DNA from: Octopus sinensis
Taxonomy: Eukaryota
DNA length: 64,000 nt
Assembly (NCBI RefSeq): GCF_006345805.1
Contig: NC_043002.1
Span: 27,590,001-27,654,000, forward strand
Direction of reading: 5' to 3'
Position numbers and translations under genes: made by a program. Positions 52,171 to 64,000 of this stretch are shown piece by piece; position 1 is the stretch's first letter, and every line of letters begins with the position of its first letter. The notes beneath the pieces were generated by a model that was not told where the DNA came from, ran no database searches, and worked only from the letters and a program-made list of their open reading frames with translations.

Positions 52171-54039
52171 AGTCAAATAACAACAGGAAGGAATACTAGC
52201 TAAAAGTGAGCAACTGTTATTTGATACTAGTGGTTGAAGGTAAAGAAATCACCAAACGGGTTTATAATTTACAGACAAAAAAGAAAAGAGAGAAATATCA
52301 GTTTAAGGCATGGATTGGGTAATTTGCTACCGATGGGGATGATGGAGCAGTCAGCAGTAGAGATTAGGTACACAAAATATGAGGTTAATTTGAAAGAGCT
52401 AAATATAACTGATGCATAGAATGATGAAATGGAGTAACAGTAAAGGAAAGTGATGTAAATGATCAATTTCAGTTGTAAACTGACATATAAGTAAAAGCTG
52501 CTGGAAGATCGAATTCAAAAGATAAATTCAATACTTTTATTTCAATCGTGGAATTGAGGCTAGTGTGTCATCTGTTAATTCAATTAACAATTTACAATAA
52601 TCGATAAGTCAAGGTGAGAATTATGTTATTTTGTTTTACTGTGAAATATATATTTATTCTAATAACGAGGTAAATTGATTCAACTAATATAATGAGTAAT
52701 ATGTAACACATTCAAATTAATCTAGTTTCCACTGCTGACTGCTTCATCATCCACATGAGTTAGAAAGAGATAAGTTAGGATTAAAGTTTTTAGCCCCTCG
52801 TGTAGTCCCTTCTCCCACCAATGTCAACCATCTACAAAATCTCTCCTACCGTATATTCTTCCAGCAGCCATTGACTTATAACAGTTTCAGCGAAAGTGTA
52901 AAGCATCAATCATATCAGTCTCAAAGGCACTATGAATTCGAGGCCGCTTAGGCACCGCCTCGACTTCCACACACAGAGTTATATGCTTTATATTTGGATT
53001 GATGAAGAGTGATGTCCCTTGCCATGCAACATTATCAGAAGCTTCTCCACCCTGGATAGCCAAGGGTGCTATGGTACTTTTCGTCATGCATTCTTAAATG
53101 GTTACTCATCCAGATTGCTTCAGCTTTCACTCAAGTTTCAAGATGCGCTTGCCGAAGACATCAGATATAGAGCCCAACAAATATTCTCTGATATATAACT
53201 AGAGAATGTAGAAGAAATCTAAAATACAGCTTTTATCTACAAACTCAATGATAAATGTGCCAGAACTTCAAAAGTACAATTACCCTCAATCTAATTACAC
53301 TGAAGCAAGTAATCTAGCAATAGTAATTTTGAAAGGCATGTTATATTATGTTGACACATAAATAGTAAATGTCAATAGCAATGAACCTAAACACTGCAGA
53401 TAGGTGAACAGTTTATTCTGTTCATTTATTTTATATTTTCTCGCTGAAACTATAATTTCATTTCTTCATATATATGAGGTAAATGGAAAGTCATTCCTAA
53501 TCAATCTATTGCGTGCCAAAGCGTATCAACATGAAATCATAATTATTGCAGTTGTTTCACTAGATATTGTCGTTACAATTCTTCCTTTGTACACTACAGC
53601 ATACGCTGCTTTTAAGCTCATCGTGGACTTGGATGCATATAATGTACTTCTTTGTAGCATTGTCCCAAATTTATGAAGCAGGCAAGATATTAAGAGACGC
53701 TAAATGATAGTCAGTGATAATGCACAAAGTCTCATAAGAAAGTTCTGAATGTCATTGAAATCAATCTTTATCGAGTTGGACAAAATTTTAAGTCTACAAA
53801 CTGTGTGCAAACATGAGAGTCATTATTTTTATAGATTAGTTCTCTTTTCATTTTGCCCCAAATTTCTTACAAGTTGGATGGGAAGATTGGTTTCGGGCAG
53901 TAAGTGCGCCATGAGCGGAACTCCCATAAAGAGCCGTAGCAAAGGTGACTTGATATCGAAGATGTTCCTTAACAAGTACGTGAGTATTTTTGTGAGAAAT
54001 AAAATATGTCACTTTATATTACCAACTAGAAGCTGCTGC

Positions 54040-54357
54040 ATGACAAATCAATAAGCACTCTTGCGGATCAGGAAGAAACAGTTCACTACTCTAGAATATT
54101 AAAATTCATTGCAATTTTCAAATCTACAAGCACAAATGATTCAGCTAAATAAAACGAAGACCAACTAATTCTCGCACTAATCGGAACATACACACATACC
54201 TCTGCTTCTATGCTGTTCCGATTAGCGCGAGAATTAGTTGATCTTTTTATTTAGCTGAACCATTTGTGCCTCTAGACTTGAAAATTGTAATGAATTTTAA
54301 TATTCTAGAGCAGTGAACTGTTTCTTCCTGATCCGCAAGAGTGCTTATCGGTTTGTC

Positions 54358-54359
<2 letters not shown>
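54040..54359. mobile_element. ~320-bp fold-back (MITE-like) element
   Basis: 54040-54188 vs 54214-54359 are inverted arms of about 90% identity by eye, with a 25-nt spacer. Confidence 0.8.
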
Positions 54360-54390
<31 letters not shown>

Positions 54391-54499
54391 GAGGAGAGAG
54401 AGAGAGAGAGATACATACATACATACATACATACATACATACATACATACATACATACATACATACATACATACATACATTCATATATACATACATACA

Positions 54500-54655
54500 A
54501 ATGAAAGACGAAGACAGGTGGTGTAGACAACAAACATATGTATTAATTTAGCGCTCGGGAAGTGAAAAAGTCATTAACGTTTCGAGCCTACGCTCTTCTA
54601 CAGAAAGCAACACAGAGAGAAACGAGGAGAAAAAATAAAGAATGTGCAGTGGCTA
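54500..54655 (-). mobile_element. Family H element
   Basis: HHR at 54572-54607 (-): CUGUAGA..GAAAC GUU. Confidence 0.75.
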
Positions 54656-55052
54656 TACACACATGTATGTATGTATATACGTGTGTGTGTGTCTGTCTGT
54701 GTGTGTGTGTGTGTGAATGTGTGTGTGCGCGTGTGTGTGTGTGTGTATAAATGAACAAAACGCATTGTGTACACCAACGAGTGAAAAATATGTAAACTCA
54801 CAAGAGATAAGTACAGTACAAAAAAAAAAAAAGTTATGAAAAATTGAAACCCATCAGTGGCTTTTGCGAGACTCTATGTATATAGTATATTTGACATACC
54901 ATAGGGTATGATGCTACTGCTGTTTTTATCCCCAAGGGGACATCTCCAGCTATCTTACGACACACTATCTGTGTCCGACTGGCAAATATACTTCACGATT
55001 GCGCTCAGAGACTTAATTTTGCTGTTTGTGTGTGTGCGTGCATACAGACATA

Positions 55053-55099
<47 letters not shown>

Positions 55100-55179
55100 G
55101 GATAATATCGATATTTAAATATCGATATTATCAAGTGGCCAGCATGGGAAAAATACCATACAAAGGTAATAATTTTTTA

Positions 55180-55354
55180 CAACTAAAAATAAGGGTGTCT
55201 CTGAGACACCACCATGCCGAAATAGCAATCAAAACCTGACTCTAAGAACCACGTTAAATGTTATGATATGAACATCTAACGTGGTTCTTAGAGTCAGGGT
55301 TTTGACTGCTATTTCGGCATGGTGGTGTCTCTCAGACACCTTTATTTTTAGTTA
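55180..55354. mobile_element. 175-bp palindromic MITE flanked by TA
   Basis: aactaaaaataagggtgtctctgagacaccaccatgccgaaatagc..aaccacgtta / taacgtggtt..gctatttcggcatggtggtgtctctcagacacctttatttttagtt. Confidence 0.8.
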
Positions 55355-55462
55355 TATATATATATATATATATATACATACGCGTATATAAGTATGCATG
55401 TAGATATATATATATATTTTTTTATATTTACATACATGCACACACACATACGCACACACACG

Positions 55463-55504
<42 letters not shown>

Positions 55505-55519
55505 CATATATAGTATATA

Positions 55520-55752
55520 TATATTTCTTTACTACCCACAAGGGGCTAAACACAGAGGGGACAAACAAAGATAGAGAAACGGATTAAGTCGATTATATCG
55601 ACCCCAATGCGCAACTGGTACTTAATTTATCGACCCCGAGAGGATGAAAGGCTAAGTCGACCTCGGCGGAATTTGAACCCAGGACGTAGCGGTAGACGAA
55701 ATACGGCTACGCATTTCGCCCGGTGTGCTAACGATTCTACCAGCTCGCCAGC
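55520..55752 (-). mobile_element. SINE family B monomer
   Basis: Head plus one body. Confidence 0.85.
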
Positions 55753-55935
55753 CTCCGAAGAAGCTATAGGATGTTATTCAGACACTCAACTAAGGGTCCA
55801 CTGCTTCTTATACTAGAAACAGCTTCAAGTTCATGCAGTTCATAACACAACCGTTGTTTCTCCTGTGTCACCGTTTTTCTTAAATATACATATATATACA
55901 TACATGCATGCATGCATACATAAGAGAGAGAGAGA

Positions 55936-55999
<64 letters not shown>

Positions 56000-56318
56000 A
56001 AGAAAGAGAGCAAGAGAGAAATCAAGTGAATTTTTAATTAAATGAAGTGTTCTTTTGTCTAAACTCAATGAAATATAAAAGCAATTTGAATAAATATTTC
56101 TTTAATATTCAGTGGTCTTTTGATCCAATACTTTTTTCCGGCAGCTTTACCGCCGCTCTTGCGACTCTACAATCGATCAACTTATACACAAACAAACACA
56201 CACACACATGCAAACACGCGAAGATGTATGTATGAGTGTGGTGTATATAAATATATATATATATATATATAAATTATATATATATATATATATATATGAG
56301 TGTATGTATGTATGCATG

Positions 56319-56363
<45 letters not shown>

Positions 56364-56380
56364 TATTTATGCATATCATG

Positions 56381-56433
<53 letters not shown>

Positions 56434-57334
56434 GTGCCTTTCTTAAGAAAAGACTGCGGCTGCCTTTCCAAAAATTGGACCTTTCTGCCTGAAGCAAACA
56501 ACCTAACAACTAGTTCACTTTCTACTACATATTACGCTGGGCGTCTCTTATTTTCTATATGCTTGAATAAACCTAAACTTTGGGGGTCAAATTGAGCTGG
56601 TGAAAAGTGCACAGAAGCCTATCGGTTATATTGTATCTGTAATTAAAAGTTGTTCGAAAGACGAATTGATCGTCGACATATACGTTGAAAGAAAGGTAAA
56701 CATGCATCGAATTATATTTATTTTTTAAAGGAATATATGAATTGATACAGTGATTAATTGAGTGGGATGTTTGGAATTCTGAATAGTTAGTGAATATGAA
56801 TTAATAAATTATATGCAATCTAACGCATTTTCTCGTTGGGCTTAGGAATTCATATTCCATAACCTTAAGATATTCACATTTAGGTCAAGAAATAATCTCT
56901 TTTACAAAACCGTGCAGGGCAGACAATAAATGAAGTCTGTTGCTTAACCAATCAGCTTAATTCTGCTTTGGTTCGATGATACACACTTCTTGCTTTAAAG
57001 CGGTTTAAATTAAAACCTTCCATCAAAGTATCATGTTACGTTAATAGATAAGAATGACAATGGTATTTTACAAAATTCTTCCTTACTTCCGAAATTAATT
57101 TAATCAAAGGCAGTGTATTTAATCAGAAATACTGTTAGAAAAGGTTAAGTATCAATCAAGTGCTGACATTCTTTGAATAGATCTGGTCGTGTGCCAGTAC
57201 AAGAAATAGATACTGAAATGGTCATTTGTATAGTGAACATGTATTTGTAGAGCATGGAACAAAATAGTCAACGACACCTAATTGTGCTCACTTAGATCCT
57301 GCGATCAAATTACGCCGTGGTAAAATTTGTCAAT

Positions 57335-57845
57335 GATCATGAGCCCCTTCGGTCATGAATGTCTATGGGATTGTTCCTAGAAAGTTACCCTCTGAGGCAC
57401 AAGGGCAAGGTTTTTATGGAAGACCAGTAGTCACCCACGCATACAGGCCTCCTCTCTCCACGCCACCGATGTTATCCAAGTGAAAGGCAAAGGCCGATAC
57501 AGCTTGGCACCAGTGACGTCGGAGCTCATTTATTAATGTGCAAGTGGCTGAGCAATCCACAGACACGCGTACCCTTAACTTAGTTCTCGGGGAGATTCAG
57601 CGTGACACAGAGTGTGACAAGGCTGGCCCTTTAAAATACAGGTAATACAGAAGCAAGAAGAAAGAGTGAGAGAAAGTTGTGGTGAAAGAGTACAGCAGGG
57701 TTCACCACCAACCCTTGCAGGAGCCCCGTGGAGCTTTAGTTATTTTCGTTCAATAAACACTCACAATGCCCGGTCTGGGAATATAAACCGCGATCATACG
57801 ACCGCGAGTCCACTGCCCTGACCACTCGGCCATTACGCCTCCACA
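57335..57845 (-). mobile_element. SINE family C (57530-57845) adjoining a different repeat 3' segment (57335-57530)
   Basis: Family C head and body; gatacagcttggcaccagtgacgtc segment. Confidence 0.7.
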
Positions 57846-58362
57846 CGATAAACTAAATATAAGTCAAATTATCGACTACATTTAATCGTCTTAAGTTCAC
57901 TCTTAATATGCTTGTGAACGTCGATTAGAATTCGTTATTATTCATTTTACGTGTAAAAATTTAGAACAGTTAAGTGTTTATCAAGTGTTGGACGCTTTAT
58001 GTAACCAACATGTCCACACGCGCATAACACGCATATACACGCACGTACAAAAAGTGAAAATATATTTCAATTAAAATGAATTGTGTTCTTAATTTGAAAT
58101 TACTATAATTATTTATAAAGCCGACAGTAGTTTCGATGTATATTTGTCTTTCCAACAAAATGTCATTCAGTTAATAAGCTTGCCAACAAATTATTTCGGA
58201 ATATGTTGTCGATAAATGTGCCAAATGCTATGCATGTATGTGTGTTTATGTGTGTATGTGTGCGTGCGTATGTGTGAGCGTGATTGTGTATTTATCTCTG
58301 TGCATACACCTGCATACATATGAATGTTTATATATGTATATTTGTATGTATTTATGTGTGTA

Positions 58363-58393
<31 letters not shown>

Positions 58394-58414
58394 TATATAG
58401 ATATATAATATATA

Positions 58415-58445
<31 letters not shown>

Positions 58446-58531
58446 GTGTATAAGGGTGAAAAGGAACACGAGTTGATATATATGAAAAAACAAGTAAAAA
58501 ATAGAAAATGCTAAAATAATTTTATAGTGAA

Positions 58532-58579
58532 CATTTCAGTACCGGTTTCGGTCATTTTGAGACCTTTTCAACTGTAACG
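58532..58579 (-). ncRNA. Minimal type I hammerhead, compensatory U3:A8 core
   Basis: CGUUACAG-UUGAAAA-GGUC ucaaaau GACC-GAAAC CG GUA-CUGAAAUG. Confidence 0.75.
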
Positions 58580-58919
58580 ATTAAATAATTAAATTTAGAA
58601 AAATTAGAAGAAAAGTTTTTTTAAAAGAATATTTCTATAGTAGTGTTCAGATTTAAGTGGCATTCTGCCTTTCTCTGACTCCCTTGTTTGCACTGTGTGT
58701 TCGAGGTAGTTGTGAGTTCTTGGTAGGGTAGTAGAGGAAGGCTGGTGAGGAAAGGGGGGTGGGAGAATCTGGGTGCCCTGATGGTCGTATTTTGAATGGT
58801 CAGTGGCGGCTGGCAGTCTCAGTTCAATTCAGGAGAATATTTATTTGACAGCTTGTTTATAGAATTAGCGTAGGTGTTATACTAAAAACATTAGTGACAA
58901 ACTTAAGGGGTAGGGGGTG

Positions 58920-59155
58920 GAGAAGAAGAAGAAGAAGAAGAAGAAGAAGAAGAAGAAGAAGGAGAAGGAGAAGGAGAAGATGACGATGATGGTGATGGTG
59001 TGATGATTATGACGACGATGATGATGATAACGATGATGATGAAGAAGAAGAAGAAGAAGAAGGAGGAGAAGGAGAAGATGGGGTGATGATGTGGCGATGA
59101 TGATGATGCCGATGATGATGTGAAGAAGAAAAGAGGAAGAAGAAGAAGAAGAAAA
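58920..59155. repeat. (GAA)n/(GAT)n/(GAG)n trinucleotide tract inside the PLE 3' region
   Basis: Direct reading. Confidence 0.9.
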
Positions 59156-59276
59156 AACAGAAGGGAGAATATGAATGGTGTAAATATAGCTATGAAGGGG
59201 CTGATTAGTAATGGATTCTATGGAGTGTAGTATTTGTGTGTGTATATATATATATATTTTTTTTTTTTCTTTTATT

Positions 59277-60640
59277 CTAAAGTTGAGGTATATTATTGTT
59301 TGTCGTAGACCCGTTAAGAAGTGGCTTGTATTTTGTAATAAAGAGATTTTCTTTACTTATTCGTTGTCTCGAGGTTGTATCGTCCCTAAATTGGTAGAGG
59401 GGGAAAATTCTGAAGTTTGGTGTTTTTTTGTTGGCGCAAGTATCTATGTGTTGGCTAAAAGCTATTTTTCTGTTTTGGGGAATTTTTATCTGGGATCTGT
59501 GCAGGGCCATTCGTTACGCAAACCATTTTTTGTTTGGCCTATGTACTGCTCTTGACACCCGGAGCAGGTTAGTGAGTATATTAGGTTCTCCGAAGCACAT
59601 GTGAAGTTGCTTTTCACTGTAAAACGTTGTCCCTGTTTGAAGGAGAACTCAGAACCCTCGATTAGATAGTCGCATATCCCGCAATTGGGTCTTCCACATT
59701 TTTTTACTGTCGGCTTCTGTGTTGAAGAGTGAATTCGGGCTTGTGTAAGAACTTTTCATGGATCTAGGCTGTCTTTTGCTTTTTATGATCGTGTGTGTTT
59801 GGAGGACTGTGTTCATTCTGTGGTCTTTTTTTAGGAGGGGTATGTTGTGGAGGATGGTGTCGAAGGCTTCGTTATTGAGAGGGTTGTGTGTGGAGATGTA
59901 TGGTAAGGCTTTTGGTTGTAAGTTTTTCTTTGATTTGGGATGTCTCAGTTCCTTGATGTTAAGTTGAAGGGCACGTTGAATGCATTTGTCAATAAGTGAA
60001 GGTGGATAGTTCCTGGTGATTAGGGTATCTTTATTTCTTGTAGTCGTGTGTCTCTGGTGTTTGCGTTAGAGACTATAGTGCATATCCTTTTTGCTAGATT
60101 GAAGGGGATATTCATCCTGGTGTGTTTGGGGTGGCATGAATTGAATGGAAGATATTGCTTAGAGTCTGTAGGCTTATAGTATATGTCTGTTTCTATTATA
60201 TTATTAGCTTTCTTAATGAGGATATCGAGAAGGGGAGTTGTTGTTGGCTATATTCCATCGTGAATTGGATGTTTACGTCCAGTCCGTTTAAAATTTTCTG
60301 GAATTCTATGAGTTTTTTCTATTTTTTATGCCAAAGATGAAACATCATCTAGATATCTCTTCCAGTTGTTTTCTATGGAGATGGAGAAGGGCTGCCATAT
60401 CTTTCTAGAACCTTACGATACAGACTGATCTCTAGGTATCCTATGACTAGGTTGGCAAGGAGGGGGCCATTCGTGTACCCATCGCAGTCCCCGATTTTTG
60501 TCGGTAGAAGTTGTCATAAGGGCGAAGAAGTTATTTTCCAGGATGAATTTAACCCCTTCTATCACAAAATCTTTTTTGATGCGGTGTGGTAGTTCGTTGG
60601 CGTGATTCTCTAGCCAGAATTGGATTGCCTGAACACTACT
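59277..60640 (-). pseudogene. PLE RT (motifs B-C, thumb), Cys-rich linker and GIY-YIG endonuclease, frameshifted
   Basis: FILENNFF, QKSGTAMGT, WKRYLDDV, YKPTDSKQYLPFNSCHP, CGRPNCGICDY, NLIYSLTCSGCQEQYIGQT..RMALH..KENLFI..KPLLN. Confidence 0.88.
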
Positions 60641-60715
60641 AAATCTGAACACTACTATAGAAATATTCTTTTAAAAAAACTTTTCTTCTAATTTTTCTAA
60701 ATTTAATTATTTAAT

Positions 60716-60763
60716 CGTTACAGTTGAAAAGGTCTCAAAATGACCGAAACCGGTACTGAAATG
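60716..60763 (+). ncRNA. Minimal type I hammerhead, compensatory U3:A8 core (inverted twin)
   Basis: Identical to 58532-58579; predicted cleavage after 60755. Confidence 0.75.
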
Positions 60764-60811
60764 TTCACTATAAAATTATTTTAGCATTTTCTATTTTTTA
60801 CTTGTTTTTTC

Positions 60812-60842
<31 letters not shown>

Positions 60843-60886
60843 GTACACATATATATACATATATATATATATATATACATATATAT

Positions 60887-60921
<35 letters not shown>

Positions 60922-61176
60922 CACGTGTGTGTGTATGTGTGTGTGCATGTGTGTGTGTGTGTGTATGTCTCTTTTATTTCTTAATTATTATAAATCTTCC
61001 ACTGAAGGGGAACCCAGTTTCCAATAAAGATACAAGGCTGCACCTTTGGGATGTAGTTAACATAGACAAATTCACATTTGGAACTTGAAAAAGTCCAGCA
61101 AATTTTTACTGTTCCACTCACAGATTGGACTGTATGTATGTATGTATGTATGTATGTATGTATGTATGTATGTATG

Positions 61177-61210
<34 letters not shown>

Positions 61211-61264
61211 TGTATGTATGTATGTATGTATGAATGTATGTGAGTGTTTTCGTCTGTTTTTAAT

Positions 61265-61620
61265 TAATCCTTAAATCCTTTAAAATGTTTCAGCCCGAAA
61301 GCTGCGGATATGCTGGGACGCCACCGTTGAATGTGTATACTAGTATGTGAAACCACCTCTGATACGTGGCACTTGACCAACAAGGGAGTTTGACAACGCT
61401 GCCCGCATCTGTGTTTCCTGCCGAGAGGTAGGTTCATCTGGAACCCCTGACAAGAGATCCAGTTTATTTTTAAAGAAACCCACATCTACACAATGCAGGT
61501 CTCTCAGATATTTAGGAAGGATATTGAAGAGCTGTGGTCCTCTGAAACCCAAGCTGTGGTCCCCTGAAACCCAGATGTTGTCTCCTGTTTAAATTCTTCC
61601 TCTATGAAAGTGTCTGGTTT
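61265..61620 (-). pseudogene. CR1-like LINE 3' end relic
   Basis: GFRGPQLFNILPKYLRDLHCVDVGFFKNKLD..GVPDEPT. Confidence 0.75.
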
Positions 61621-62094
61621 TTAGCAAACATACATTTCATCATCAGAATATAGATAACAAAAACAATGTCACTTAAGAATCGTCTTCCATATTTTTACTG
61701 TTGTACTTACAAATTGTATTTGTAATGAGCGAGTTAGATGATTTCTTTTTCTGATCCAGATTGTCACATAAGTATTTATTCAAAAAAATAAATGCACCAG
61801 TTCTTACTGATATAAATCTGTAGTTATAATCTAAATATATAAGTGGAGATTTCGAAGCATTTATCCATAGTTACCCTCATTCTTATTCATTGTCAAAGAG
61901 GTATAACCAGGACAGCTGACCTCTATGACGGTACATAATTTTTCTTGTTTGTCCAAACAGCAACATTGGTCAGTTATCCTTGCACTTGGCAGATGTTTTG
62001 ATGATGAATGTTCCTCCAGTATTCTTTGTCTTGATGTTTGTGCATGTATTCAAAAACACGGAAATTTTACAGAATGGCATGGTATATATATATA

Positions 62095-62150
<56 letters not shown>

Positions 62151-62181
62151 ATATATATATATATATATACATATAATATAT

Positions 62182-62488
62182 CACCGTGACCGGCCAGGAT
62201 ATCAGATGTTGTTACACATCGCGGGTCACAATGAGCTTCGCATTGTTTTCGCCTTCAAATGACGCCACCCCGCTGGCTAAGTGAGCAGGCCAAGAGAAGA
62301 AAGAGTGAGAGAAAGTTGTGGCGAAAGAGTACAGCAGGGATCGCCATCACCCACTGCCGAAGCCAAACTCGTGGAGCTTTAGGTGTTTTCGCTCAATAAA
62401 CATTCACAAGGCCCGGTCTGGAAATCGAAACCGCGATCCTACAACTACGAGTCCGCTGCCCTAACCACTGGGCCATTGCACCTCCACA
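62182..62488 (-). mobile_element. SINE family C with alternative tail
   Basis: Head ggtgcaatggcccagtggttagggcagcggactc; tail shared with 12878. Confidence 0.8.
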
Positions 62489-62999
62489 CACATACATATA
62501 ATTTATATCGCGACAATATCATGTAGCACAGGGAAATAGTACCATGATTTTTGGGCAGCTGGTAAGTACGTGTAATATCTTCCATAATGTATGTGTTTGT
62601 ATGGATGTATGTATGTATACATGTGTGTATATACACATACACACACGCGTGCGCATACGCAGAATCGCGCACCCCCTCCCCCCACACACACATATCTATA
62701 AAAACATATATGTATAACCCCCTATCACATACGCATCACACTCTTCTTATGACCATTTCCAGGCGCAGGTGATTGTATTTACCCCTCCCTTCCTTCTCAG
62801 TTCCCTCATATCGCGGCATTCCCACCTAGTTTCTAAGATGTCTCCAATTCCTTATTTACTGCCCATTTCTCCTTCTAATACGTTTTATAGCTCTGTCTTT
62901 CTTCTGATGAATGACTAACGTATGAAACGTCGACCCAATTTCTGCATCCATAAAAGCGCTAACATTATTCCAAGTCTTTCTCTTCTTATTGTTCACTGC

Positions 63000-63057
<58 letters not shown>

Positions 63058-63496
63058 GATAGATAGCTAGATAAATGATAGATAGACAGATAGATAGAGT
63101 GATAGATAATATATGCACGTATACATATATTTGTGCGTGTGAATGTTAGCATATATATACGTCTACAGATTTAAATGAATGTGTACTTGCACATTTACTG
63201 GATATATGAAGAAGAAAAAAAAGCTGCTTGCCAAACAAACGGAGAAAAAAATGTTCACCTAGGAATGTATAATTTCGAACAGCACATGCGTGCATGTCTT
63301 TGTAATTTTAAGGCATAGTACAAAGATGTATATTTCATTTCTGCATATATCAACATATATATATATAAGCGTATGTGTGCATGTATTGGTGTGACCGTAT
63401 ATATATACGTATGTGTGTGTGAGTATGTGTGTGTGTAGGTATGCATAAATATATATATACATATATATTTATATATATATATATTATATATATATT

Positions 63497-63685
<189 letters not shown>

Positions 63686-64000
63686 CAGGAAAGACACTCA
63701 AATACACAGACTGAAATTATAGTGAATAGTACAGCTCATAAAGTCTTCAACATAATTTGCAATTCAAATAAACTAGATTGACACACTTCTAGAATCTAAA
63801 AAAAATAAATTATTGAAAGCAAGGCATATATGCCTTTCAGAAAATCTTTAACAGCTTATGTGAAACCAATTGCATCCTTATAGCGATAGAGCTCGCATTG
63901 ATGTTTTCAAGTCTTCGCGTGCCAGTGACTTTCTATACTAAACCTATCATTGTGTCATCTAACTATCGATTTCTTGTCTGGAGTTGAAAAAACACTTCCT

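Larger units (their letters stand above)
58476..60818 (-). mobile_element. Penelope-like element (Neptune-type), 5'-truncated, with ~180-bp inverted terminal copy
   Basis: 58476-58655 is the reverse complement of 60640-60818; RT and GIY-YIG relic between; both ends in TA. Confidence 0.9.

Noticed and set aside
52800-53170. Possible Gypsy integrase relic (- strand; YHSTLGYPG, RPRIH)
   Set aside because: Motif matches too weak and no LTR or RT nearby
58920-59155. Glu/Asp-rich reading on the + strand
   Set aside because: Trinucleotide tract in the non-coding 3' region of a minus-strand PLE

Overview
AT-rich, repeat-dominated metazoan DNA, most consistent with an octopus genome (tRNA-derived SINE families plus very dense TA/CA/GATA/TATG microsatellites). 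The organism is inferred, not searched. I cannot support any host protein-coding gene; most ORFs in the track are microsatellite artefacts. The window holds two 5'-truncated Penelope-like elements (PLEs) with inverted ends: a probable Naiad-type copy at 9.3-12.7 kb forming a ~1.35-kb fold-back, and a Neptune-type copy at 58.5-60.8 kb. It also holds an ORF-less ~354-bp retrozyme-like repeat at 0.5-1.26 kb, a GATA-flanked L1/Tx1-type LINE with an in-frame ORF1-ORF2 fusion, CR1/L2-like relics, Tc1, mariner and DD37D relics, three non-autonomous TIR/fold-back elements, and four SINE families, one of which forms tandem multimers. The main signal is about 16 type I hammerhead-ribozyme (HHR) motifs from at least five unrelated repeat families, each family with its own core: canonical CUGAAGA, U3 (UUGACGA), compensatory U3:A8 (UUGAAAA), C4 (CCGACGA) and U6 (CUGUNGA). 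The U6 variant belongs to a ~195-bp, TA-flanked, non-autonomous family with 9 copies here. All ribozyme calls are folded by eye; no activity is shown.
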